Shown: in pieces, positions 39,168-49,934 of the stretch
Layout of the letters: the number at the start of each line of letters is the position of its first letter
Numbering within the stretch: the stretch's first letter is position 1
Source: an uncultured bacterium
Lineage (GTDB): Bacteria > Acidobacteriota > Thermoanaerobaculia > Multivoradales > JAHZIX01
Length of the DNA: 64,000 nucleotides
Direction of reading: 5' to 3'
NCBI GenBank assembly: GCA_965368975.1
Contig: CBDUPA010000025.1
Coordinates: 15,703-79,702, forward strand
Notes under the pieces: model-generated
Databases searched by the model: none
What the model was told of the DNA's origin: nothing
Seen by the model: only the letters and a program-made list of their open reading frames with translations
Program-made: the position numbers and the translations under genes

Positions 39168-41462
39168 ATGGCAAGCAAGACACGTAAGAAGAGCAAGAAG
39201 ACCCAGCAGCACCAGCTGCGGATCGACGCCATGGCGGCCGAGATCGAGAAGCGCGCGCTCAGCGACTTCTCCGAGAAGGCGTATCTCGACTACGCCATGT
39301 ACGTCATCCTCGACCGTGCTCTGCCGCACGTCGGCGATGGTCTCAAGCCAGTGCAGCGGCGCATCGTCTACGCCATGTCCGAGCTCGGCCTGTCCGCGGC
39401 GGCCAAGTTCAAGAAGAGTGCGCGTACCGTCGGTGACGTGCTCGGCAAGTACCACCCGCACGGCGACTCCGCGGCCTACGAGGCCATGGTGCTGATGGCG
39501 CAGGACTTCTCCTACCGCTACACCCTGATCGACGGCCAGGGCAACTGGGGCACGCAGGACGACCCCAAATCCTTCGCCGCCATGCGCTATACCGAGTCGC
39601 GCCTGACCCGCTATGCTCAGACGCTGCTCAACGAGCTGGGTCAGGGCACCGTCGACTGGGGCCTCAACTTCGATGGCACCCTACGCGAACCCAAGCTGCT
39701 GCCGGCACGTTTGCCCAACATGCTGCTCAACGGCGCCTCCGGCATCGCCGTCGGTATGGCCACCGACATCCCGCCGCACAACCTGCGCGAAGTGGTCAAC
39801 GCGACGATCCACCGGCTGCGCAACCCCAAGTGCTCGCTCGACGAACTCCTCTTCCACCTGCCCGGCCCCGACTTCCCTACCGCCGGTGAGCTGATCACGC
39901 CGGCCGCCGAGCTGCGCGAGATGTACCTGACCGGCAGCGGCCAGGTACGTCAGCGTGCCGCCTGGCAGCGCGAAGGAGACGACATCGTGGTCACCGACCT
40001 GCCGTATCAAGTCTCCGGCAGCAAGGTGTTGTCCCAGATCGCCGCCCAGATGCAGGCCAAGAAGCTGCCGATGGTCGACGACCTGCGCGACGAGTCAGAC
40101 CACGAGAATCCGACGCGCGTGGTGATCACGCCACGCTCCAACCGCGTCAATCTCGACACCTTGATGGCGCACCTTTTCGCCACCACTGACCTCGAGCGCT
40201 CCTACCGTGTCCAGCTCAACGCCATCGGTCTCGACGGCAAGCCGCACCTCTACACGCTCCCCACTCTGCTCGACGAGTGGCTGGCCTTCCGCATCGCCAC
40301 CGTCCGTCGGCGACTCGAGTTCCGGCTCGACAAGGTCCTCCAGCGCCTGCACATCCTCGAAGGCCTGCTGATCGCCTACCTCGACCTCGACGAGGTGATC
40401 CGCATCATCCGCTTCGAAGAAGAGCCCAAGGCCAAGCTGATGGAACGCTTCGGCCTCACCGACCTGCAGGCCGAGTCGATCCTGGAACTCAAGCTGCGCT
40501 ACCTGTCTCGTCTCGAAGAGATGAAGATCCGCGGCGAGCAGGACGAGTTGGAGGCCGAGCGCGAACAGCTCGAACAGACCCTCGGCTCCGAGACGCGTCT
40601 GAAGACAATGGTGCGCAAGGAACTGGAAGCCGACGCCGAAGAGTTCGGCGACGAGCGCCGCTGCAAGTTGGTCGAGAACGCGGCCGTCGCGCAAGCGATG
40701 TCCGAAACCGACCTGATCCCCACCGAACCGGTGAGCGTCGTGCTATCCGAGAAGGGCTGGGTGCGCACCGCCAAAGGCCACGATATAGACCCCGGCAGCC
40801 TGAGCTACAAGGCCGGCGACGGTTTCCTAGCCGTCGCCCACGGCAAGAATGTCGACCAGGCCGTCTTCTTCGACTCGTCCGGCCGCAGTTACAGCCTACC
40901 CGCCCGCGGCTTCCCGTCCGCACGGGGTCAGGGAGAACCCCTCAGCAGCAACCTGACACCTCCCGCCGGTGCACACTTCCTGACCGTGATCATGGCCGCC
41001 GACGAAGCCCTGTACCTGATCAGCTCGAACGCTGGCTACGGCTTCCTGGCACCACTCGGCGAGCTGCACGCTCGCAACAAGGCCGGCAAGGCCGTGCTGA
41101 CTCTGCCCAAGGACTCCGAACCGCTGCTACCGCGACCGGTCGTCGACTTGGGCAACGACCAGATCGCTGCTATCAGCAGCGACGGCTACCTGCTCCTCTT
41201 CCCGCTTTCCGAGCTGCCACAGATGCCCAAGGGCAAAGGCGTGAAGCTGCTCAACCTACCCAAAGCACGCAAGGGCAAACCCGCCGAAACACTCATCGAC
41301 GCCATCGTCGTCCCGGTCGGCGGCACCCTGCGCATCCACGCCGGCCAGCGTTACATGAACCTCAAGCTGGCCGACCAGGAACACTTCCAGGGCAGCCGCG
41401 CCCAGCGCGGCAAGGCCCTGCCGCGCGGCTTCCGCAACGCGACGGCCTTGGAAGTGGTGTAA
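39168..41462 (+). CDS. parC: DNA topoisomerase IV subunit A
   Basis: [53 protein letters not shown]; short ParC-type C-terminal domain. Confidence 0.95.
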   Translation: MASKTRKKSKKTQQHQLRIDAMAAEIEKRALSDFSEKAYLDYAMYVILDRALPHVGDGLKPVQRRIVYAMSELGLSAAAKFKKSARTVGDVLGKYHPHGDSAAYEAMVLMAQDFSYRYTLIDGQGNWGTQDDPKSFAAMRYTESRLTRYAQTLLNELGQGTVDWGLNFDGTLREPKLLPARLPNMLLNGASGIAVGMATDIPPHNLREVVNATIHRLRNPKCSLDELLFHLPGPDFPTAGELITPAAELREMYLTGSGQVRQRAAWQREGDDIVVTDLPYQVSGSKVLSQIAAQMQAKKLPMVDDLRDESDHENPTRVVITPRSNRVNLDTLMAHLFATTDLERSYRVQLNAIGLDGKPHLYTLPTLLDEWLAFRIATVRRRLEFRLDKVLQRLHILEGLLIAYLDLDEVIRIIRFEEEPKAKLMERFGLTDLQAESILELKLRYLSRLEEMKIRGEQDELEAEREQLEQTLGSETRLKTMVRKELEADAEEFGDERRCKLVENAAVAQAMSETDLIPTEPVSVVLSEKGWVRTAKGHDIDPGSLSYKAGDGFLAVAHGKNVDQAVFFDSSGRSYSLPARGFPSARGQGEPLSSNLTPPAGAHFLTVIMAADEALYLISSNAGYGFLAPLGELHARNKAGKAVLTLPKDSEPLLPRPVVDLGNDQIAAISSDGYLLLFPLSELPQMPKGKGVKLLNLPKARKGKPAETLIDAIVVPVGGTLRIHAGQRYMNLKLADQEHFQGSRAQRGKALPRGFRNATALEVV

Positions 41463-41471
41463 GCTCCCTGT

Positions 41472-42677
41472 ATGCACCCACAGTGGTTGGAAGACAACGA
41501 ACTCGAGGCGTTGCTCCTAGACCTTGAATCCGACTGGGTCGAGCGTAAGCGAAACGCCAAAGAACCCAACAAGGTTCGCCAGGCGATCTGCTGTTTCGCC
41601 AACGATCTCCCAAATCACCGGAAGCCAGGAGTCATTTTTGTAGGCATCGAAGATGATGGGACCTCCGCGGACCTGGAGATCAATGACAGGCTGCTAACTC
41701 AGCTGGCACAGATGCCCAAGGATGGGAAGATCCAACCCTTCCCGGCGGTGACAGTGCAGAAGCGCAGGTTGCACGGTATGAGTCTGGCCGTGATTCAGGT
41801 AATGCCCGCCGATGCGCCGCCTGTGCGGTTTGACGGGAGAATCCACGTTCGAGTCGGTCCCAGCGGAAGCACCGCGAGTCGACAAGAAGAGATCCTACTG
41901 AACGAGAAGCGGCGGTCACGAGACCTACCCTTCGACCTGCAGCCACTCCCTTCGGCCTCCCTCGACGATCTAGACTTGGGCCTATTTCGTCGCACCTATC
42001 TGCCGAGCGCGCTACCGACCGATGTTCTCGAAGAGAATCAACGCTCCGAGACTCAGCAACTTCAATCGCTTCGCTTTTCGACCAGCACCGACCCGAGCTT
42101 CCCCACCGTTCTCGGGATGTTGACGCTCGGCAGTGACCCTCTGCGATTCCTGCCCGGAGCCTATATCCAGTTTCTCCGCATCGAAGGGACCTCAATTGGA
42201 GATCCAATCAAGACAGAACGAGAGCTGTCGGGACCTCTTCCGGACATGTTGCACGAGCTCGACCAGACCCTGGAGATCAACATCTCGACAGCTGTTGACA
42301 TCACATCGTCAACTCGCGAAATAAGGCAGGCCGATTACCCTCTTGCCGCTCTCCAACAGCTGACACGAAATGCAATCCTGCACCGAGCCTACGACGGTAC
42401 CAATGCCCCCACCCGGCTTCTATGGTTCTCGGACCGAATCGAACTCCACAGCCCCGGCGGACTCTTCGGTCAAGTCAACCAAGACAACTTCGGCCAGCCC
42501 GGCGTGACGGACTATCGCAATCCTCATCTGGCGGAAGTCCTGAAAAATCTGGGCTACGTCCAGAAGTTTGGTTACGGTATCTCCACGGCCCAGCGAGCTC
42601 TGGAGAAGAACGGCAACCCGCCGGCTGAGTTCGAACTGCCCGGTAATCGCGTTCTGGTCACGGTGAGAGCGGCATGA
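41472..42677 (+). CDS. AlbA_2 (Schlafen-like) domain + HATPase_c_4 ('RecG C-terminal-like') protein
   Basis: ESDWVERK...AICCFAN...GVIFVGIEDDG; YPLAALQQLTRNAILHRAY...DRIELHSPGGL...YRNPHLA...GYVQKFGYG. Confidence 0.82.
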   Translation: MHPQWLEDNELEALLLDLESDWVERKRNAKEPNKVRQAICCFANDLPNHRKPGVIFVGIEDDGTSADLEINDRLLTQLAQMPKDGKIQPFPAVTVQKRRLHGMSLAVIQVMPADAPPVRFDGRIHVRVGPSGSTASRQEEILLNEKRRSRDLPFDLQPLPSASLDDLDLGLFRRTYLPSALPTDVLEENQRSETQQLQSLRFSTSTDPSFPTVLGMLTLGSDPLRFLPGAYIQFLRIEGTSIGDPIKTERELSGPLPDMLHELDQTLEINISTAVDITSSTREIRQADYPLAALQQLTRNAILHRAYDGTNAPTRLLWFSDRIELHSPGGLFGQVNQDNFGQPGVTDYRNPHLAEVLKNLGYVQKFGYGISTAQRALEKNGNPPAEFELPGNRVLVTVRAA

Positions 42678-43684
42678 GCACGACGGCAATCGCTTTCTTC
42701 AACAACAAGGGTGGCGTGGGCAAGACATCGTTGGTCTACCACCTGGCCTGGATGTATGCCGACCTGGGCTTGCGCGTCGTCGCTGCCGACCTCGACCCCC
42801 AAGCCAATCTCACAGCCGCCTTCCTTGATGAAGACCAACTCTCTGAGTTGTGGCTCGCCGAGAAACCCGGCGGAACTATCTATCAGTGCGTCAAACCACT
42901 GATAGATGCGACAGGCGACATCACCTCTCCTCATCTCCACATCGCCGACGAATCCGAACGCCTGGCCCTTGTCGTTGGAGACCTGAACTTGTCTCGGTTC
43001 GAGGATGAACTCTCATCTCAGTGGCGTCAATGCGTGGACGGTGAAGCACGTCCTTTTCGCGTGATTTCGGCATTCTCCAGGACAATCCAGCGAGCAGCAG
43101 CAGCCTTCGAAGCTCAGCTGATCCTGATCGATCTCGGTCCGAACCTGGGCGCTCTGAACCGTGCAGCGATGATCGCTGCTGACTTTGTAACGGTTCCCTT
43201 GGCTCCCGATCTCTTCTCTTTGAAGGGTCTACAGAATCTAGGTCCTGCTCTCCAGACGTGGCGCCAGCTTTGGGCCAAGCGCATTCCCGACAACCCTGAT
43301 CAGCAGGCGATACCGTTACCGAGCGGTCGAATGGAACCGGCAGGCTACATTGTTCTTCAGCATGGCATCCGACTGGATCGCCCTGTCAAGGCATACAGCA
43401 ACTGGATCGCTCGCATCCCGGAAACCTACCGAGAGTACGTGCTTCAGGTGAAGGACGACGTCAATCCGCCTGTCCAGGAAGATCCGCACTGCCTGGCGAT
43501 GCTCAAGCACTACCGCAGCCTGATGCCGATGGCACAAGAAGCTCGCAAACCAATCTTTCACCTGAAACCGGCAGACGGCGCCATAGGCTCTCATCTAACA
43601 GCGGTTAGGGAAGCGGAGAAGGATTTCCACAAGCTGGCCCAAGTTCTAGCTGACCGCGTGGGCGTCCAAGTTCCGCCTCGGTAA
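42674..43684 (+). CDS. Orphan ParA/MinD-family ATPase
   Basis: FFNNKGGVGKT deviant Walker A, DLDPQANLT, LIDLGPNLG. ATGA overlap with the upstream gene. Confidence 0.88.
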   Translation: MSTTAIAFFNNKGGVGKTSLVYHLAWMYADLGLRVVAADLDPQANLTAAFLDEDQLSELWLAEKPGGTIYQCVKPLIDATGDITSPHLHIADESERLALVVGDLNLSRFEDELSSQWRQCVDGEARPFRVISAFSRTIQRAAAAFEAQLILIDLGPNLGALNRAAMIAADFVTVPLAPDLFSLKGLQNLGPALQTWRQLWAKRIPDNPDQQAIPLPSGRMEPAGYIVLQHGIRLDRPVKAYSNWIARIPETYREYVLQVKDDVNPPVQEDPHCLAMLKHYRSLMPMAQEARKPIFHLKPADGAIGSHLTAVREAEKDFHKLAQVLADRVGVQVPPR

Positions 43685-43701
43685 GTCCAGATGTCTGCTC
43701 G

Positions 43702-44880
43702 TTACCTCGACGCCCGCGTCGACGGCTTCTCGAACTGGCGGTCCTTCAGATACATGTACATCACCGCCATCGAGTCCTGATCCTCGCCCGAGGTGTTGTT
43801 GTACGAGCTGACGAGTTCGTACTCGTGATCCTTGTACAGCATCACGCCCTCTTCGCTCGTGAAGTACTCGACGTGCCGAATGCCGATTCCCTTGTCGGCC
43901 GGTCGAACCTGGCTCTTGAACACCGTCTCGCCGCTGGTCAGGTCGCGCAGCTCCAACCATTCGGCGAACGGATGCAGGTGCACGGCAATGTAGTGCACGG
44001 TGGTGTCGTAGGGCAGATGAAGAATGTTGGTGACCAGGGTATGGTTCACTTCTTTTCCCGGCTTGACCACCCAATGGCCGGTGAAGCGCTGGCCGAGGGC
44101 GTCCTGGTACTCGTGACCGGCGGCGTTCTCGCCCACCAGGCAGCCCGGGCCCATCTCTTCCATGTCGTGACCTTCGTGCTCTTCCATCGCCATGCCGTAG
44201 TGCGCCGGCTGCTCGGAGTCGAGTACCTTGAGACCATAGACGCCGATCGGCATCAGTGGCTGCATGGGTGACTCGACCTGGCGGTCGCGCACGAACTGGA
44301 TGGTGACCTTGTGGCGCACCTGGAAGTCGGCGGGATCGTGGTTGAGGTTGAGCACCTGGGTGGTCAGGTTGAGCGGTTCGTGCGACATGACCGGGATGCC
44401 GAAGCCCTCGGGCATCCGAATGTCGAACTGGCCTTGCGACAGCGTGAACAGGCGCCCGCTCAGAACCTGGCGCGCGTCGAACAATTCGCGGTGCAGGCTC
44501 GGATCGATGTCCAAGTTGCTGTGGCACATGAACTCTTGCTCGCGTGGTTCCTGCCCGTCGGGGCCGACCATGACGGCCTCGTAGCCAACGATCCACAACA
44601 GCTCTGGCCGCGGCGCGTCGTCGATCAAGAAGACCTCTTCCTGGCTCCACGGCCCCATCATCGAGCGGTACTTGCGGTCGACCTCGTAGGTCTTGGACAG
44701 GATCTGCTTGCTCAGAACCGGAGCACCAGCGACGGTGCCGGTAGCAGGGCCAGCACTGCTCCTGGCGCTATCAGCAGCAGCTGGAAGCACCAAGACGGTG
44801 AGTGCGGCCGTGATCAGGCCGGTCAAGAGCAGTGGCGAGAGCTGTGAAGGGAGGCGATGGGTCGAAGTTTCCTGCGTCAC
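43702..44880 (-). CDS. Secreted hypothetical protein, possible Cu type II (PHM-like) monooxygenase fold
   Basis: N-terminal hydrophobic signal; VHLHPF...YNNTSGEDQDSMAVM resembles a His-x-His...Met CuM site. Confidence 0.5.
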   Translation of the reverse strand: MTQETSTHRLPSQLSPLLLTGLITAALTVLVLPAAADSARSSAGPATGTVAGAPVLSKQILSKTYEVDRKYRSMMGPWSQEEVFLIDDAPRPELLWIVGYEAVMVGPDGQEPREQEFMCHSNLDIDPSLHRELFDARQVLSGRLFTLSQGQFDIRMPEGFGIPVMSHEPLNLTTQVLNLNHDPADFQVRHKVTIQFVRDRQVESPMQPLMPIGVYGLKVLDSEQPAHYGMAMEEHEGHDMEEMGPGCLVGENAAGHEYQDALGQRFTGHWVVKPGKEVNHTLVTNILHLPYDTTVHYIAVHLHPFAEWLELRDLTSGETVFKSQVRPADKGIGIRHVEYFTSEEGVMLYKDHEYELVSSYNNTSGEDQDSMAVMYMYLKDRQFEKPSTRASR

Positions 44881-44943
44881 GATGACGGTCTCCTACGATG
44901 CAGTCACGGATTCTAGGCGAGCACGGATTCGGAGGGTCGAGGT

Positions 44944-46767
44944 TCAGCCACCCCGGCCCAGCCACTCGAGCAGGCCGAGGGTGAGCACGGGCAGGTAGGT
45001 GATCAACAGCACACCGATGCCGAGGATGAAGAGCATGGGCAGGGCCGCGCGGTAGACCTGCAGTAGCGGCTTCTCGAAGCGATACGAAGCCAGGAAGAGG
45101 TTGAGGCCGACCGGCGGGGTCAAGTATCCCAGCTCCAGATTGGCGATGAAGATGATCCCCAAGTGCACAGGGTGGATGCCGAAGGCGACGCCCAGCGGCA
45201 CGATCAGCGGCACCACCACGACGATGGCCGAGAAGATGTCCATCAGGCAGCCGACGAGCAACAGGAAGACGTTGAGGCAAAGCAGAAAGACCAGGGGTGA
45301 GCTGATGTGCGCCTGCGCCCACTCGACGACCTGACTGGGGATCTGGGCGTCGACCAGGTAGTTGGTCAAACCCATGGCGACGCCGAGGATGATCAGCACG
45401 CCACCCACCAGGACGCCGCAGTTGCGCAGCACGCGTGGCACGTCGCTCCGAAGGTTGAGATCCTTGTGCACGAAGACCTGGATGAAGAAGGCGTAGAGTG
45501 CCGCCAGCGCCGAGGCTTCGACCGGCGTCGCCCAGCCGAGGAAGATCGCCGCCAGGACGATCAGCGGCAGGGCGAGTTCCCACTTGCCACGATTGAGCGC
45601 GGACAGGGCGCTACGGACGTCGAAGGGCTCGCGCGGCACCTTGGATTTCCAACCTTCCCGCATGCCCCAGGCGACGACCAGCAGCACCAGCAGCAGGCCC
45701 GGCACCAGGCCCCCCAGGAACAGATCTTCGATCGGGATCTGCGCCACGATGCCGTAGAGGATGACGGGCAACGCGGGCGGGAACAGCAGACCGAGGGAGC
45801 CGGAAGCCGTGAGCAGCCCCACGGAAAAGGTATCGCGGTATCCCTCTTGACGCAGCCCTTGGAAGAGCAGTGCACCGAGCGCCAGAATCGTCACTCCAGA
45901 ACCGCCAGTGAAAGCGGTGAAGAAAGCACAGACGACGGCGCACACCACCGCGGTGCCGCCCGGCATCCAGCCGAAGAGGGCGCGGAAGAGGCCGACCAGG
46001 CGCTGCGACGCCTGCCCTTCAGCGAGCAGGAAGCCAGCGAGGGTGAAGAGCGGGATGGCCGGCAACGTCGGAGACACGACGAGTCGGTAGGTCTCGGCAG
46101 GTACGGCAGCCGCGGGAACGGCTTCAGCCAGGAAGAGGAAGACCGCGGCACCGCCAATAGCCACGAAGATCGGTCCGCCCAGCACCGTGGCCAGCAGCAG
46201 TACGGCGAGCGCCGGCCAGGCGGGACGGAACTCCAAGATCTCCGGATGCAGACCGAGCCAGACACCGACCGCCAGACCAAGGGACGCCAGCCCGCGACCC
46301 CACCAGCGTTCTGACGCGTACCAGACCTGCCGCAGAGCGACCAGGGCGAAGCCCACGGGCAGCGCCAGCTGTCCGACCCATACCGGCACGCCGAGCGCGA
46401 TGTCGCCGCCGAACTCGTACTCACTGCGAACCAGGTCATAGCAGGCCAGGAAGAGGAGCGCCGAGACGCCAGCACCGACGGCGCCGGTGAAGATCTTTGC
46501 CGCTTGGCGGAAGCGGCCCTCGGGGAGAAACTCGCCAGTGGCCAGGGCCAGAAGCTTGCCTTCCTTGGCCGCCAGCGCGGCTCCCAGGAAACCGACCCAG
46601 AGGGTCAGGTGCTGGGTGAAGGCACCAGCGCCAGGAACACCGGTCTCGAACAGGCTGCGCGCGACGATCTCGGCCAGCGGTAGCACCACCATGACGGCCA
46701 ACGCCAGCACCACGACCCAGCCCTCGACACGGTCGAGATGCCGTGCCAGCCAGTGCCCGCCCCGCAC
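44944..46767 (-). CDS. dctM: TRAP transporter fused small/large permease DctQM
   Basis: Polytopic; AIPLFTLAG, SGSLGLLFPP, TPVEAS, IHPVHLGII, LTPPVGLNLF. Confidence 0.9.
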   Translation of the reverse strand: MRGGHWLARHLDRVEGWVVVLALAVMVVLPLAEIVARSLFETGVPGAGAFTQHLTLWVGFLGAALAAKEGKLLALATGEFLPEGRFRQAAKIFTGAVGAGVSALLFLACYDLVRSEYEFGGDIALGVPVWVGQLALPVGFALVALRQVWYASERWWGRGLASLGLAVGVWLGLHPEILEFRPAWPALAVLLLATVLGGPIFVAIGGAAVFLFLAEAVPAAAVPAETYRLVVSPTLPAIPLFTLAGFLLAEGQASQRLVGLFRALFGWMPGGTAVVCAVVCAFFTAFTGGSGVTILALGALLFQGLRQEGYRDTFSVGLLTASGSLGLLFPPALPVILYGIVAQIPIEDLFLGGLVPGLLLVLLVVAWGMREGWKSKVPREPFDVRSALSALNRGKWELALPLIVLAAIFLGWATPVEASALAALYAFFIQVFVHKDLNLRSDVPRVLRNCGVLVGGVLIILGVAMGLTNYLVDAQIPSQVVEWAQAHISSPLVFLLCLNVFLLLVGCLMDIFSAIVVVVPLIVPLGVAFGIHPVHLGIIFIANLELGYLTPPVGLNLFLASYRFEKPLLQVYRAALPMLFILGIGVLLITYLPVLTLGLLEWLGRGG

Positions 46768-46838
46768 CAGTGCATTCGCGTCCTCAGGCGGCGGTGAGGC
46801 CGGCTCAGCCGCCGGCGCAACGCTCGCGCCGTCCGCGT

Positions 46839-47897
46839 TCAGGGTTGCCCTCCGGGACCGCGTGGGGAAGCTCGGAACTCTCGCCGCGCCGCCAGCGCTT
46901 GCTGCAGGATGTCCGCCGGTACGCGGCTATCTTGCACCGCCGCGGCGAAGGCTTCCGCTGCTTGCTCCCACACTTGAACCTGCTCGCCCTGCGGCGTCAC
47001 CACGGTCAAACCGCGCTTCTTCATCTCGGCAATGGCAGCCGTATCCTGCTCCGGCACTTCCGTTTCCAGGCGCTCCTCGGTTCTGCTCGCCGCCGCCAGC
47101 AGGGCTTGCTGATCCGCAACGCCGATACGCTGCCAGCTCCGGGCGCTGATGACCGTGCCACCGACCAGTGGTGCCACGCCGAGATCGAGCATGTAGGGCG
47201 CCTGGCGATACCACTGCAGCAGCAAGGCGGCCAGCGGCGGACTGGGAATGACGTCAACCATGCCGGTCTGCAGTCCAGTGAGGATGTCAGTGGTGGCCAG
47301 TGGTACCGGACGGTAGCCGTTGTTCTTCCACAGCTGCAGGCCTTCTTCGTCACCCGCGGTGACGAACATCTTGGCCCTCTTGAGATCCTCCAGCGTGCGC
47401 AGCTCGCGGCTGGCGAAAAGGTGGACCCAGCCCGCGTGGCCCCAGTGCAGCAGCTTGTAGCCCTTGGCTTCGAGCCGCTCCTGCAAGACTGGCGACAGGC
47501 GATCGAGCACGAAGTAGAGCTCCTCGTACGAGTCGAAGAAGAGCGGAATGGTGAAGACCAGGAAGGCCTCGTCGATATCGGCCAAGCCATTGACGGTCAA
47601 GACCGCCGCGTGCAGCTGACCGATGCGCATCTTGCGCACCACGTCGGGCTCGTCGCCCGCGACACCACCGGCATAGACGCGCAGGCGCACCCGCCCGTCC
47701 GTATCGTCCTGCCATTCGGCCCCCATCTCCTTGACGGCATCGTCCCAGATGGAACCTTCGGGTGCCAGCGAGGCCAGCTTGACGTTGACCGTCGCGGCCC
47801 TGGATATCGGCGCCACGAGCACGAAGCTCAGCAGCAAGAGAGCACCCACGATGGTGCGGGGGCGCGGGATCGAAGTCGTCAGAGTTCTGAATAGCAT
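46839..47897 (-). CDS. dctP: TRAP substrate-binding protein DctP (TatP-type)
   Basis: Signal peptide then KLASLAPEGSIW, YAGGVAGDE, KMRIGQL, LQTGMVD. Confidence 0.9.
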   Translation of the reverse strand: MLFRTLTTSIPRPRTIVGALLLLSFVLVAPISRAATVNVKLASLAPEGSIWDDAVKEMGAEWQDDTDGRVRLRVYAGGVAGDEPDVVRKMRIGQLHAAVLTVNGLADIDEAFLVFTIPLFFDSYEELYFVLDRLSPVLQERLEAKGYKLLHWGHAGWVHLFASRELRTLEDLKRAKMFVTAGDEEGLQLWKNNGYRPVPLATTDILTGLQTGMVDVIPSPPLAALLLQWYRQAPYMLDLGVAPLVGGTVISARSWQRIGVADQQALLAAASRTEERLETEVPEQDTAAIAEMKKRGLTVVTPQGEQVQVWEQAAEAFAAAVQDSRVPADILQQALAARREFRASPRGPGGQP

Positions 47898-47985
47898 CAG
47901 GGGTGCTCCAGGGCAAAGGTGAGCAGTGGAATCATGGGCTCGAAGATTAGCGAACTGGAGGACGTGCGGCCAGGTGCGGAGTCGG

Positions 47986-49119
47986 CTAGATGAAGAAGTC
48001 GTCGACGACCGCGAGCAGGTGCCGCGCCCGTTGCTGGGCAATGAGATTGGCCAGCCGACGATGGTAGGCGTTGGCACTGTCCGCGTCGACGTCGATGGCC
48101 AGGGCCCGTTCCAACAAGGATACGAATTCGTCGCGCTTCTGTTCCTGAACGCAAACGCTGGTCGCCATGGACACATAGGCAGAGGCGCTGAACCCACCGC
48201 TCAGGTTGACGGCATCCTGGAAGTGCTGGCGCGCACGCGTCAGAGAACCACCCAAGGCTTCGGGCAGAGCATCCAGAGAGATGAGGGTCTCGTAAATCGT
48301 CGTGTCGCAGAAGGGTGCCGCCAGCGCGTGCGGCGGCGAGGACTCGGTCGGCTGCAGCTGTGGTCGCACCGCTGGATCACACTTGGCCCCACCTGCGGCG
48401 AGTTCGAACTCCAGCGCTTGCTCGATCAGCGTGCGGACGATCGGGACGTCCGCCGCCAGTTCGGGCCGGTCCAGGCCAAGCGACACGGCGGCTCCCCAGG
48501 CGGCTCCCGTCCAGTAGGTCAGGTCACGGTCGCTGACGTCCAGCTGGTGCAGCACCGAAGCGGTGTCGAGACGCAGCCGTGAAGTCATGCGTCTGACCTG
48601 TGCCCGCACCGCTCGATGGGTCTCGTAGCCCAGCAAGCCCTCCTCAACCTCGACACCCGTGCGCACGGCCAGCGAGCGCAGGCAATAGTCCCGCGCCCGC
48701 AAGTAGAGCGACAGCGCGCGTTGCTTCATCGACCGGGCCAAGCGGTAGTCCTGCGCTTCGACCAGCAGCGCTTCGGTCTCGACGTAGGCGTACGCGTACT
48801 GCGTGAAGCTGCGGCAGGTCGCCAGCAACAGGGCACCGTTGTTGGGCACCTCGGCGAGCAGAGTTTCCTGCGTCTTGAGTGCGAAGGGTAAGGCTTCCCG
48901 GATCAGCTCCGGGTCGTCGTCGACAGCCCAGCCGGCGCCACCGGCACTGAGTGTCCCCGCGACCGCATTGACACCCGCCGTCTTGACCGCCGAGCAGGCT
49001 CCGAGCCAGGGCAGCACGGCGCAGAGCAGCCAGGCGGCGAGAACACCCCGCGCGGACCATCGCACGCCTGGTTGCGGCGGACGGGAAGGGACACAGCTTA
49101 GAGGCACAGCGAAACTCAT
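47986..49119 (-). CDS. tatT: TRAP transporter TatT lipoprotein component (TPAT system)
   Basis: Lipobox LGAC; DDDPELIREALPFALK; YAYAYV; LYLRARDY; LANLIAQQRA. Upstream of dctP-dctQM. Confidence 0.85.
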   Translation of the reverse strand: MSFAVPLSCVPSRPPQPGVRWSARGVLAAWLLCAVLPWLGACSAVKTAGVNAVAGTLSAGGAGWAVDDDPELIREALPFALKTQETLLAEVPNNGALLLATCRSFTQYAYAYVETEALLVEAQDYRLARSMKQRALSLYLRARDYCLRSLAVRTGVEVEEGLLGYETHRAVRAQVRRMTSRLRLDTASVLHQLDVSDRDLTYWTGAAWGAAVSLGLDRPELAADVPIVRTLIEQALEFELAAGGAKCDPAVRPQLQPTESSPPHALAAPFCDTTIYETLISLDALPEALGGSLTRARQHFQDAVNLSGGFSASAYVSMATSVCVQEQKRDEFVSLLERALAIDVDADSANAYHRRLANLIAQQRARHLLAVVDDFFI

Positions 49120-49212
49120 CGGTGAAGAAGACTCTAGACCGCGGCGCCAGGAGCGTCAAGGCACACCGCTCGCCTCACCATCGCCTTGCCGTTTGGCCCA
49201 CGAGCGCACGGC

Positions 49213-49578
49213 TCAGCACACGTAGGGCAGAGGAAAGACCCCGCTATCTGCCGGCAAGCGGCCGTGGACGTGTACTGGCGGATACCCGTCGCCGGTCAAC
49301 GCCAAGGCCCACTGCTCCAGGAACGACCGCGCCTCCGCTTCGGTGGCGAACCAGCTGACATCGAGCGGCACGTGCTCGCCCGTGTCCAGATCGAGCACGG
49401 AGGCTTCGGCGAAGAAGGGACGGTCCGCGTCGGTGGCAGCTCCGGGTAGTGCCGAACGGCAATCCAAGAAGCGGCCGCAGACTTCGCCCACTCCTGCCGC
49501 CCGTGCCGCCGAAGGCGCCAGGCAGCAGAACCCCATGTCTCGATAGCTGAGGTCTTCCCAATGAATCAGACTTTCCAT
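49213..49578 (-). CDS. Hypothetical protein
   Basis: 121 aa ORF with purine-rich upstream sequence; no recognised family. Confidence 0.5.
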   Translation of the reverse strand: MESLIHWEDLSYRDMGFCCLAPSAARAAGVGEVCGRFLDCRSALPGAATDADRPFFAEASVLDLDTGEHVPLDVSWFATEAEARSFLEQWALALTGDGYPPVHVHGRLPADSGVFPLPYVC

Positions 49579-49934
49579 GGAAACCCCCTGTCCTTGCCCT
49601 AGGGCATAAAACGTTTCATCTTGATCGAAGTCAACTTGGCCACGGCCGGCACAGCGAACCTACAATGCGACCAAGCCGCAAGAACTCATGGGGCCGAACG
49701 CTCGGTACTCGCTCATCACCAGCTCCAAGGCTGGAACAACAGTCAAAATCAGACCGCCGCATGCGCGGAGGGTGCCGGACATTGTCGCAGCCCCACGCGC
49801 AAGTTGCAAACGGCTCTATCATCTTTACTGACACAAAGGAGCAACGACAAAATACTTTTCGATTGTACCGGGATCAGGACACCGTTGTCCGTCGTCGCAG
49901 TCACAGTCGCACTCGCAGTCGCAGTCTCGGCCGC

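Noticed and set aside
42674-43684. Chromosome or plasmid partition locus
   Set aside because: No parB gene or parS-like palindrome was seen; the ATPase is coupled to an AlbA_2 gene instead.
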